Assembly (NCBI GenBank): GCA_017609985.1
Contig: JAFCCW010000011.1
Location: forward strand, 1-27,852
Source of the DNA: Candidatus Iainarchaeum sp.
GTDB lineage: Archaea; Iainarchaeota; Iainarchaeia; Iainarchaeales; JAFCCW01
Length of the DNA stretch: 27,852 nucleotides
Direction of reading: 5' to 3'
The notes under the pieces were generated by a model, which did not search any database, was not told where the DNA came from, and was given only the letters and a program-made list of their open reading frames with translations. Position numbers and translations under genes: made by a program. Shown here piece by piece: positions 9,594-17,975 of this stretch; positions within the stretch are counted from its first letter, which is position 1; every line of letters starts with the position of its first letter.

Positions 9594-9716
9594 TGCTCCC
9601 ACATAATGTTAAGAGCTAATAGAGTTTTTAAGTGTTTGCCTGTCGTGTTTGATTAACTGCTTCTTTATCCTCAACCCTTAAAAACATTTTCTCATTTCTC
9701 TTAGCTGTGGGAGCAG
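9594..9716. promoter_or_regulatory. Symmetric divergent promoter of purF and purL
   Basis: AAC(A/C)CTTAAAAAC on each strand (9624-9636 minus; 9673-9685 plus), 30-31 nt before each ATG. TGTGGGAGCA immediately precedes both starts (9594-9603 minus; 9706-9715 plus). Confidence 0.65.
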
Positions 9717-12689
9717 ATGATTCAAAGGATTGAGGTTGCGCTAAAGCCTGGCTTTACTGATGCTGCGGGCGAGGGAGTTGTTTCCGGAATTAAGAGCAAT
9801 CTTGGAATAGAGATTGAATCCTGCAAAACAGTGGATGTTTTCACAGTTTCCGGTCCGATTGAGGAAGCTCAGTTGAAAAAAATCCTTTTCGCTTTTTATG
9901 ATAAAATAATTCAGGATGTTTCTCTTTCCCCAATTGCACAGGCAAAAGATTTTAACTATCTTGTAGAAGTCGGCTTTTTGCCGGGAGTAACCGACAACAT
10001 TGGAAACACTTCCCGCGAAGCAATAGAGTATGCTCTTGGAAAAAAATTCGGAAAAGAACTCTCGGTTCATTCTTCAAGACAGTACCTGATTAAGGGAGAC
10101 TTATCTAGCGAACAGATAGAAAGCATTGCAAAAAATTATCTTGCAAATCAGTTGATTGAAAGATTTGAAATTTTTTCCACTGAAGACTGGGAAAAGGGAA
10201 AACAAATCAAGGCAAGCATTCCAAAAGTAAAAGAGGACTTTGAAATAAAGGTTGATGAAGTTAATCTTGATGTAAGCGATGACGAGCTAGTGAATATTTC
10301 AAGAGAGGGAACTCTTGCATTGAATCTTGACGAAATGAGGGCTGTGAGAGATTATTTCAAGCAGCCAGAGATTCTAGTAGAGAGAAAAAAACAGGGCTTG
10401 GGAGAGAAACCAACAGATGTAGAATTAGAGGTTCTTGCACAAACCTGGAGCGAACATTGCAAGCACAAGATTTTCAATGCAACAATTAATTACAAAGAGG
10501 GAGATAAGAAAGAGCAGATAAAAAGCATTTTCAAAACCTTTATTCGCGGAAGCACTGAAAAGATTGGGGAAGAAAAAGACTTTCTTGTTTCTGTCTTTCA
10601 CGACAATGCTGGAATAATTAAGTTTACTGACGACTGGAATCTTTCATTCAAAGCGGAAACTCATAATTCTCCTTCTGCTCTTGACCCCTATGGCGGGGCA
10701 CTCACTGGAATCGTGGGTGTGAACAGGGATGCACTTGGAACCGGCAAGGGCTCTCGTTTGATTTTCAACACAGATGTTTTTTGTTTTGCAGATCCTTTTT
10801 ATTCAGGAAATCTTCCTGAGGGCATGCTTCATCCGAGAAGAATTTTTGAAGGAGTCAGAAAGGGAGTGCAGGACGGGGGCAATAAATCAGGCATTCCGAC
10901 TGTTAACGGAACAATTGTTTTTGATGACAGATACAGGGGAAAACCTTTGGTTTACTGCGGAACTGGGGGATTGCTTCCTGCAAAAATCAATGGAGAGCCA
11001 ACTGAAGAAAAAACAGCAAAGCCAGGCGATGCGATTGTTATGGTTGGCGGAAGAATTGGGAAGGATGGAATTCATGGAGCAACTTTTTCAAGCGAAGAGC
11101 TTCATGAAGGCTCACCAGCAACAGCTGTTCAAATCGGTGACCCAATTACTCAAAAGAAAATGGTTGACTGCATTCTTGAAGCCAGAGACGAATGCTTTTA
11201 CAACAATATTACTGACAATGGCGCTGGAGGACTAAGTTCCAGCATTGGTGAAATGGCCAGGTCAAGCAATGGTTTCGAGCTTCACCTTGACAAAGTACCA
11301 TTAAAGTATGCTGGCTTGCAGCCCTGGGAAATAATGCTTTCTGAAGCACAGGAGCGCATGACTCTTGCAGTACCTCAAGACTCGGTGGACGACTTTATGG
11401 CTTTGTGCAAAAAGCATGATGTTGAAGCAACTGTTTTGGGCAAGTTCACTGACTCTGGAATGTTCCACGTATTCTTTGAAGGGCGGGCAGTGGCTTTTAT
11501 GACAATGGATTTTGTTCACGATGGATTGCCTGAAATGATTCTTGAAGCAGAGTGGAGTCCTGAAGAAAAAGCAGGGGCAGAAGAAAAGATTTTTTCCACT
11601 GACTTTTCTGGAGACTTAAAAAAACTTCTCGCTTCATTGAATATCTGCAGCAAGCACTATGTTGTAAGACAGTATGATCATGAAGTTCAGTGTTCCAGCA
11701 TCGTAAAACCTCTTACTGGGGCAATGAATGATGGTCCAAGCGATGCAGGAGTTATTAAACCTATTTATGATTCCTGGGAAGGAATTGCTGTAAGCAATGG
11801 AATTTGTCCAAGATACAGCGATATTGACACTTATCATATGACTGCTAATGCTATTGATGAAGCAATAAGAAACGCTGTTGCAGTCGGAGCAGACCCTGAC
11901 TATGTTGCATTGCTTGATAACTTTTGCTGGCCTGACCCGGAAGTCGATGAGGAAAAGAATCCTGACGGCAAGCACAAGCTTGCTCAGCTGGTCAGAGCAA
12001 ACAAGGCGTTGAGTGATTATGCTCTTGCTTTTTCTGCACCTTTTATTTCTGGCAAAGACTCTATGAAGTGTGATTTCAGAATGGGTGGAGAAAAAATCAG
12101 TGTACCTCCAACTCTTTTAGTTAGCGCAGTTGCAAAGCTTCCTGATGTGCGAAAGGCAGTCACAATGGATGTTAAATGCAAGGGAGACCTTGTTTATGTT
12201 TTAGGAGAAACAAAGAACGAGCTTGGTGGAAGTGAATTCCTGGCTCTCTCTGGAAAAATCGGAAAGAATGTTCCAGTTGTTGATGCAGAAAAAGCACTCA
12301 AGCTTTACAGAGCATTGCATTCAGCAATAAAAAAAGAGCTTGTTGCAAGCTGTCATGATTTAAGCGACGGAGGGCTAGCAGTAGCTCTTGCAGAGACAGC
12401 TTTTTCTGGAGAACTTGGACTTGAAGCAGATTTGTCCACGCTTTCAAAAGAAGATGGTATGGATAACACTCAGATTCTTTTCTCAGAGAGTGCTTCAAGA
12501 TTTGTTGTGAGCGTTTCTGAAAAAAACAAGGAAGCTTTTGAAAAAGAACTGGCTGGAAACAGCTTTGCAGTTGTTGGAAAAGTTAATGATTCTAATGCTT
12601 TGTTGGTGAAAGGAATTGATGGAAATCAGATTATTAATGAAAAGATTTCAGAACTTAAAAATTCTTGGAAGAAAACATTGGACTGGTGA
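9717..12689 (+). CDS. purL: Phosphoribosylformylglycinamidine synthase subunit PurL with N-terminal PurS-like extension
   Basis: QTWSEHCKHKIF, DNAG, KAETHNSPS, DNGAGG, SEAQERM, QYDHEV, DNFCW, SGKDS, HDLSDGGL. 990 aa with no glutaminase domain. Confidence 0.97.
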   Translation: MIQRIEVALKPGFTDAAGEGVVSGIKSNLGIEIESCKTVDVFTVSGPIEEAQLKKILFAFYDKIIQDVSLSPIAQAKDFNYLVEVGFLPGVTDNIGNTSREAIEYALGKKFGKELSVHSSRQYLIKGDLSSEQIESIAKNYLANQLIERFEIFSTEDWEKGKQIKASIPKVKEDFEIKVDEVNLDVSDDELVNISREGTLALNLDEMRAVRDYFKQPEILVERKKQGLGEKPTDVELEVLAQTWSEHCKHKIFNATINYKEGDKKEQIKSIFKTFIRGSTEKIGEEKDFLVSVFHDNAGIIKFTDDWNLSFKAETHNSPSALDPYGGALTGIVGVNRDALGTGKGSRLIFNTDVFCFADPFYSGNLPEGMLHPRRIFEGVRKGVQDGGNKSGIPTVNGTIVFDDRYRGKPLVYCGTGGLLPAKINGEPTEEKTAKPGDAIVMVGGRIGKDGIHGATFSSEELHEGSPATAVQIGDPITQKKMVDCILEARDECFYNNITDNGAGGLSSSIGEMARSSNGFELHLDKVPLKYAGLQPWEIMLSEAQERMTLAVPQDSVDDFMALCKKHDVEATVLGKFTDSGMFHVFFEGRAVAFMTMDFVHDGLPEMILEAEWSPEEKAGAEEKIFSTDFSGDLKKLLASLNICSKHYVVRQYDHEVQCSSIVKPLTGAMNDGPSDAGVIKPIYDSWEGIAVSNGICPRYSDIDTYHMTANAIDEAIRNAVAVGADPDYVALLDNFCWPDPEVDEEKNPDGKHKLAQLVRANKALSDYALAFSAPFISGKDSMKCDFRMGGEKISVPPTLLVSAVAKLPDVRKAVTMDVKCKGDLVYVLGETKNELGGSEFLALSGKIGKNVPVVDAEKALKLYRALHSAIKKELVASCHDLSDGGLAVALAETAFSGELGLEADLSTLSKEDGMDNTQILFSESASRFVVSVSEKNKEAFEKELAGNSFAVVGKVNDSNALLVKGIDGNQIINEKISELKNSWKKTLDW

Positions 12690-12693
12690 TTTG

Positions 12694-13533
12694 GTGACAA
12701 AAGGAAAAGCAATTGTGCTCTATGGTTATGGAATAAATTGCGATTACGAGACACAGTTTGCTTTGAGCAATGCTGGTTTTGAAGCAGAGCGCGTTCATGT
12801 AAATGATGTGGTTGCAGGCAAGAAAAAACTTGAAGACTTTCACTTGCTTGCTTTTCCAGGCGGTTTTTCTTATGGGGACGATCTTGGCTCAGGCAAGGCA
12901 ATGGCTAACAAGATTCAGACATCTCGCATTGGTTCTGACACTTTTGAAGCTCACCTGAAAAAGTTCATTGCTGAAGAAAAATTAGTGATTGGAATCTGTA
13001 ATGGTTTTCAGATGCTCGTAAAACTTGGCTTAGTTCCTGCATTGGAAGGAAAATATTTTGAACAACAGTCAACTCTGACATTTAATGAGTCTGGAAGATT
13101 TGAGGACAGATGGATTTATCTGAAGGGAAACAAGGAAAGCCCGTGTGTTTTTACAAAGGGAATTGAAAAAATAGAGCTTCCTGTAAGACATGGTGAAGGA
13201 AAATTTATTCCTGCTAATCCAAAAATTCTCGAAGAAATCAAATCCAAGAACATAGTTGTTTTTCAGTATGCTGACCCTGACTTTAATGTAACTGAAGAGT
13301 ATCCTCTTTGCCCAAACGGAAGCACTGATTCAATTGCTGGTTTGTGCGATGAAACAGGCAGGGTTTTTGGAATGATGCCTCATCCTGAAGCACACTTGTT
13401 TTTTGAAAACCATCCGCGATGGACTCGCAAAAAGGAATGTCTCTTGCGCGAAGGAAAAGAAATTCCAAAAGAGGGACAGGGCTCTCCCTTGTTCAGAAAC
13501 GCATTTAATTATGTTAAGTCAAAACTTCTCTGA
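12694..13533 (+). CDS. purQ: Phosphoribosylformylglycinamidine synthase glutaminase subunit
   Basis: GINCDYET, PGGFSYGD, GICNGFQML (catalytic Cys), HGEG, GMMPHPE. Likely start GTG 12694 (or TTG 12691) after GGTGA. Confidence 0.95.
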   Translation: MTKGKAIVLYGYGINCDYETQFALSNAGFEAERVHVNDVVAGKKKLEDFHLLAFPGGFSYGDDLGSGKAMANKIQTSRIGSDTFEAHLKKFIAEEKLVIGICNGFQMLVKLGLVPALEGKYFEQQSTLTFNESGRFEDRWIYLKGNKESPCVFTKGIEKIELPVRHGEGKFIPANPKILEEIKSKNIVVFQYADPDFNVTEEYPLCPNGSTDSIAGLCDETGRVFGMMPHPEAHLFFENHPRWTRKKECLLREGKEIPKEGQGSPLFRNAFNYVKSKLL

Positions 13534-13955
13534 TTGTTTCCTGTTCTTCCCATTCCTTGTGATTCAATAATTTCTATTTCCCATAGGATAAGAGCGTCAA
13601 TTTCTCTGTCAGAAAGAGTTCTAACTTCCCCTAGCTTGAGGTCAAATCTTCTTTTTGGGTCATCAAGATCAATATTGTTTGATTTAAAATAGTCAAGTTC
13701 AGTTTTTCTTCTGTGAAAATAGTTATGTTTCCATTTTTGGTCTGTTAATCCTTTTCTGGCTTCAATCCCGGCGACTCTTTTTGCAATCTCTGTTGCTTTT
13801 TCTTCGTCAATTTTGCCCCATCTTTTATTTATCTTTTTCAGGAACCATTTTGCTGAATCTGCTGCCTGAACAGTCTGATGTTTTCTTCTTTCAACAAGAG
13901 ATTCATTTACTTTCAGATTTAGTCTGAGCTGAGCTGGTTTTTTTCTTGGCAACAC
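13509..13955 (-). CDS. Hypothetical basic protein
   Basis: 148-aa ORF starting (M)LPRKKPAQLRL, preceded by TATAAATA at 13978-13985 (minus). Its 3' end overlaps purQ convergently by 25 nt. Confidence 0.65.
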   Translation of the reverse strand: MLPRKKPAQLRLNLKVNESLVERRKHQTVQAADSAKWFLKKINKRWGKIDEEKATEIAKRVAGIEARKGLTDQKWKHNYFHRRKTELDYFKSNNIDLDDPKRRFDLKLGEVRTLSDREIDALILWEIEIIESQGMGRTGNNQRSFDLT

Positions 13956-14060
13956 AGAATAAATCAGTTCAGACTAGTATTTATAGGCTTGCTTTAGATG
14001 ATTAAGGTTAGAAGAAGAATAAAATTAATGGGAATAAAATAAGAAAATAATTGAGGTCTT

Positions 14061-14510
14061 TTACTTGACCTCTAGCCTCTTGCTGTTGTTTTTCTTTTCT
14101 ATATTTTTTTTGTCTAGGTTTATTTCAAGAATCCCATTTTTAAGTTCTGCTTCTGCGCTTTCGCTTTTGATTTCTGTTGGCAGTGGAATTGTTCTGCTAA
14201 AAGATTGTACTGATCTCTCCGAATAATATATTCCTTTTTCTGCGTCTTTTTCTTCCATTCCAGTTTTGCTTTCTGCTGAAATGCTTATGCTGTTTTCTCC
14301 GAGCACCAAGTCAATGTCTTTCTTGTTTATTCCGGGCATTTCTGCAATAATCTTTATTTTCTTTCCATCGTCTCTGATGTCAATAAGCGGTTCTCGGTTG
14401 TGAATTTCACTTCCTTTTTTCAAATCAAATTCTTGGCCTGGAACGCCCCAGAAACCCATCATTCTTTTCTGCATTTTTTTCATTTGTTCAAAAGGATCAA
14501 AATAGTCCAT
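14061..14510 (-). CDS. Small heat shock protein (Hsp20/alpha-crystallin family)
   Basis: PLIDI..IIAEMPGINKKDI, ERSVQSFSRTIPLP, AELKNGILEI. AGGAGG ribosome-binding site upstream. Confidence 0.95.
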   Translation of the reverse strand: MDYFDPFEQMKKMQKRMMGFWGVPGQEFDLKKGSEIHNREPLIDIRDDGKKIKIIAEMPGINKKDIDLVLGENSISISAESKTGMEEKDAEKGIYYSERSVQSFSRTIPLPTEIKSESAEAELKNGILEINLDKKNIEKKNNSKRLEVK

Positions 14511-14553
14511 TTCAAAACCTCCTGTTGTTTAAACTATTTAATCAATTATATTA

Positions 14554-15693
14554 TTATTTAATCATCTTATTTTTAAATCTTTCCCCATAATCCGGCATGT
14601 ATTTTGGCTCAATCAGATGAGTTATTTCAGGGAGGAGATCTGCTTCCTTTACTGAAACACGTCCAAGATACAGATTTTTTATGTTTCCTCCTTTTTCCAG
14701 GTACTTGATTACCTCATTCCTGCCCTTTAAATAAATAATGTCTTTCGTGAAAGCTCCTTTTTCCTCTGTTCTTGCAAGACCTCGCTTTGCTCGCTGAACA
14801 AGCATGTATGAATCTTCGTCATTAAAATGTTCTCTGAGAATTTCAAAGCTTTCATAAAATGAATTTTTCATGGAATAGTACACTGCTACAACTCTTCCTG
14901 CATATTTTCTAAGAGTTGAGGTTGTCAAGACTCCAAAAAGTTCTTCATTGAATACTGCTAAACCCTCGTCTGTTCTCTGCCAGCCCTCTCCAACACCGGT
15001 TCCAAAAATTTTGAACGGCTGAGAATAACCGTTTTCGTAACGGTACAAGTGAGTTTCTATTTCATGAAATTTTAATCTCATTATTTCTGTGCTGGAAAAC
15101 ATTGCATCACTTCTGATTCTAATCTGTTTTAGTCCCGGAACAATCACAGCATCACTCACCAGCTTGTCGTCAGTGAAAACTTTCCAGTTAAATCCGTTTT
15201 CCTTTAAGTGAAACTGCAGAAAATATCTTGCGCCGTTTGCTGAAACATCTTTTTTTTCGTCTCTTGGAACAATTTCAAGAATTTGCTCTGCACTCTTCAA
15301 AAGGATTGAATCAATGCTTCCGTAATATGAAATAGAGTTCTCAGTAAACTGTTCCGCGTTTCCAATCGACTGAAGTAGTTTTATCTTGCTCTTAAGCAGA
15401 GTTTTTCTTTTCTCGAAAAGTTTTCCAATAGCTGAATCATCTGTGTCAATCGAATCAAGAGTCTTTATACAGTTTTCATAATCTGGATTAATCTTTAGAT
15501 ATTTCATAATCGGGTTTCTTGGAAGAAATTCATAAACAGGATTGTGTTTTTCTCCTTTTTCAAGAGCTCTAAAGAACTTTTTCTTTTCAGACAGGCAGTT
15601 CTGTGGATTAACATGCTTGACAATACTGACATCAAGCAAAGAAGCAATTTCGAAAAGTTCTGTGTCTGTTTTTGCAAGCTCTTTTAAATTCAT
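14554..15693 (-). CDS. DUF1704 / MATCAP-like (tyrosine/phenylalanine carboxypeptidase family) zinc metallopeptidase
   Basis: HExxxH (FHEIETHLYR), TDEGLA, YAGRVVAV, RAKRG and FTKDIIYLKG, the motifs of the QEGLA/DUF1704 family. Confidence 0.85.
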   Translation of the reverse strand: MNLKELAKTDTELFEIASLLDVSIVKHVNPQNCLSEKKKFFRALEKGEKHNPVYEFLPRNPIMKYLKINPDYENCIKTLDSIDTDDSAIGKLFEKRKTLLKSKIKLLQSIGNAEQFTENSISYYGSIDSILLKSAEQILEIVPRDEKKDVSANGARYFLQFHLKENGFNWKVFTDDKLVSDAVIVPGLKQIRIRSDAMFSSTEIMRLKFHEIETHLYRYENGYSQPFKIFGTGVGEGWQRTDEGLAVFNEELFGVLTTSTLRKYAGRVVAVYYSMKNSFYESFEILREHFNDEDSYMLVQRAKRGLARTEEKGAFTKDIIYLKGRNEVIKYLEKGGNIKNLYLGRVSVKEADLLPEITHLIEPKYMPDYGERFKNKMIK

Positions 15694-15731
15694 ACAATAT
15701 TATGAATGCATTATAGTTTTTAGGGCTTTCA

Positions 15732-15929
15732 CTATTCTGAGTAAAATTCATCATATCCGTTTTCGAGATCAACTTCTTTTGCTGGCTTTACTGAAAGCCG
15801 TCCTGTGGCTGACAAAACAACAACCAGTTCCAGATTGCACTCTGGGCAGGCAAGATAGTCGCCGTCATCGTATTCATCCAATTCAATTGAAAAAGTTTCT
15901 TCGCATTCAGGACATTTTATTTTCTTCAA
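15732..15929 (-). CDS. LysW-like small acidic zinc-ribbon protein
   Basis: CPEC...CPECNLELVVV, very acidic, C-terminal Glu (ENGYDEFYSE). GGAGGGTGG ribosome-binding site before a TTG start. Confidence 0.8.
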   Translation of the reverse strand: MKKIKCPECEETFSIELDEYDDGDYLACPECNLELVVVLSATGRLSVKPAKEVDLENGYDEFYSE

Positions 15930-15996
15930 TCAAACCACCCTCCAAATCTTTTTTAGTTCCCATTATTTATTTAAATCTAACCAATAACCTTTGATT

Positions 15997-16755
15997 ATGG
16001 ATTTAGCGCAGGCAATTGTTTTAGGGCTTCTTCAGGGTGTTTTTGAATGGCTTCCGGTTTCATCTCAGGGACAGGTAATGGGTTTGGGAATTTCCTTTCT
16101 TGGATTAACAGTTGAGTCAGCAAAAAATTACAGCATTTTTCTTCACATTGGAACCCTGTTTGCGGCAATAGTTTTTTTCAGAAAAGAGATAAAGCGAATT
16201 ATTTCAAGCAGGGATGTTCCCTTGGCAAAGTTTTTGGGAATAGCAGTTCTTGCAACAGCTATTACTGCCATTCCATCCTATCTTTTGCTTAATGCATTTT
16301 CTTTGCTTGGAATTCCGGCACTGCTTTTTTTTATTGGAATTTTTCTTTTAATCACTGGCTATTTGCAGGGAAGAAAACAGAGTCAGAAAAAACCAGGCCT
16401 TTCAAACAAGAATGCATTCTTTCTTGGTCTTGGACAGGGATTTTCTGTTCTGCCTGGAGTTTCAAGAAGCGGAACCACTGTCAGTGTTTTGCTTTTTGAA
16501 GGATTTTCTCCAAAAGAAGCCTTTCGCCTGAGTTTTCTTCTAAGCATTCCTTCAGTGCTTGTTGCAGAACTTGCGTTTTCAATTTTTGACCCTATTTCAA
16601 TTGGACTCAATGAAATAGTTGCTGTTGTTTCAGCTTTTGTTTTTGGTCTTGTTTCAATTTCCGTTCTTTTAAAACTAGCTGAACAGATTTCTTTTTCAAA
16701 ATTCTGCTATGCATTTGCATTGCTTTATTTTGGAATAGCTTTTTTAGCTCTCTGA
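15997..16755 (+). CDS. uppP: Undecaprenyl-diphosphate phosphatase (BacA/UppP family)
   Basis: LGLLQGVFEWLPVSSQG, LHIGTL, LPGVSRSGTT, SFLLSIP and multiple hydrophobic helices. Confidence 0.9.
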   Translation: MDLAQAIVLGLLQGVFEWLPVSSQGQVMGLGISFLGLTVESAKNYSIFLHIGTLFAAIVFFRKEIKRIISSRDVPLAKFLGIAVLATAITAIPSYLLLNAFSLLGIPALLFFIGIFLLITGYLQGRKQSQKKPGLSNKNAFFLGLGQGFSVLPGVSRSGTTVSVLLFEGFSPKEAFRLSFLLSIPSVLVAELAFSIFDPISIGLNEIVAVVSAFVFGLVSISVLLKLAEQISFSKFCYAFALLYFGIAFLAL

Positions 16756-16767
16756 TTGATGGAAAGC

Positions 16768-17394
16768 TCACAAAATAAAAACAGTAATGTGAATAACTGT
16801 CACAAGCAGCCAGCTGAACAGATTTTTCAAAATACTTCCCTGAACAAGCTCTGCGACAAGGGAATAAAGAAGATATTCTCTCCAGACCAGTAAAACAAGA
16901 CCTGCAAGGACGCCGATTCCCGCAATCACGATTTCAAAACTTCCAATGTCTTCCTTTAGCATGTCAAAAGCAATTCCATAATCTGAAACAGAGTTTGTTG
17001 ACTTTGCTGTTGCCACTGCATTCAAAGAAGCAGGGCTAAAAATTGCAAATATTACAATTGAAAGCACAAGTGCATTAATTGCTACAACAATCCATCTCAA
17101 AGAAATTGCTGAAAGAATTCCATTAAATTTTCCATCCGTATTCTTTCCCGCAAAAAGATATGCTACGAGATAAACAACTACTCCCAAAAACACTAGCTTT
17201 GCAAATTCTCTGAATACGAGAAATGCAATCAGTCCAAGATCCAATTCTATTCCCAGAAGAACATTTCTTGAAATAACATATACGATAAGAAAAGCAGCTA
17301 CTAATCCTGCTGAAATCGCAAGATTTGGGTTTTCCAGAGAATCTCTTACAGCATTTCCTGGCTTGAGAATATTCAAGTTCATTTTAATCGGCAA
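16768..17394 (-). CDS. Multi-pass membrane protein, Yip1-like
   Basis: About five hydrophobic segments and an N-terminal 'ILKP' pattern typical of Yip1-like proteins. Alternative start ATG 17382. Confidence 0.6.
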   Translation of the reverse strand: MPIKMNLNILKPGNAVRDSLENPNLAISAGLVAAFLIVYVISRNVLLGIELDLGLIAFLVFREFAKLVFLGVVVYLVAYLFAGKNTDGKFNGILSAISLRWIVVAINALVLSIVIFAIFSPASLNAVATAKSTNSVSDYGIAFDMLKEDIGSFEIVIAGIGVLAGLVLLVWREYLLYSLVAELVQGSILKNLFSWLLVTVIHITVFIL

Positions 17395-17466
17395 TATATT
17401 GTTTTAATTATTATATAAAGATTTGTTTTTCAGGATTTTAGATTTATATCTTTTTGAACAGATTTG

Positions 17467-17919
17467 TTATTGTTCGGTTATTGTAACCTGAACTCTTTTG
17501 CTTACATCAAATCCCTTTGGCACATCAAGAACTGCTTCAACATACCATTTAGTCATGCTGGGCCCTCCGATGAGTGCGCTCCCTATATTCATTGCCATTC
17601 CAAGAGTTTCGTTTTCTGGTTTTGCACCTATAAGATTTTTAGGGATGCTGATTTCAAAATCATATTCTTCGTTTAAATATTCTTTTTCTATGTCCAAATC
17701 CTGTTCAAATTCGTAAACTCTTTCAGTGCTGCTTGTTCTTCTTCCGTCCGAAATGCTCCTATGTGAAACAGTTCTTTCCCCAAAGAAAACAAGCTTCAGC
17801 CGTCTTGCACTTACTGGTTTTTTAAGCTTGAGGATTGTTCTGCCTTTTATTTTTTCGCCCGAAACAAAACTATTTTTTTCAAGGTTAACTAATATTTTTC
17901 CCTTTAAGAATCCAAACAT
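17467..17919 (-). CDS. Arrestin-N / SpoOM-like beta-sandwich protein
   Basis: FVSGEKIKG..ILKLKKPVSARRLKLVFFGER, YDFEISIP, WYVEAVLDVP. GGAGG ribosome-binding site. Confidence 0.6.
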   Translation of the reverse strand: MFGFLKGKILVNLEKNSFVSGEKIKGRTILKLKKPVSARRLKLVFFGERTVSHRSISDGRRTSSTERVYEFEQDLDIEKEYLNEEYDFEISIPKNLIGAKPENETLGMAMNIGSALIGGPSMTKWYVEAVLDVPKGFDVSKRVQVTITEQ

Positions 17920-17975
17920 GAAATCGCCTCCAAAGATTAAATAAAAAAATAAAGGCTTTCTGATATAAAAATCTT

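Noticed and set aside
12616-12693. N-terminal extension of PurQ, or a purL-purQ frameshift fusion
   Set aside because: PurL ends normally, a GGTGA site precedes GTG 12694, and no slippery site is needed.
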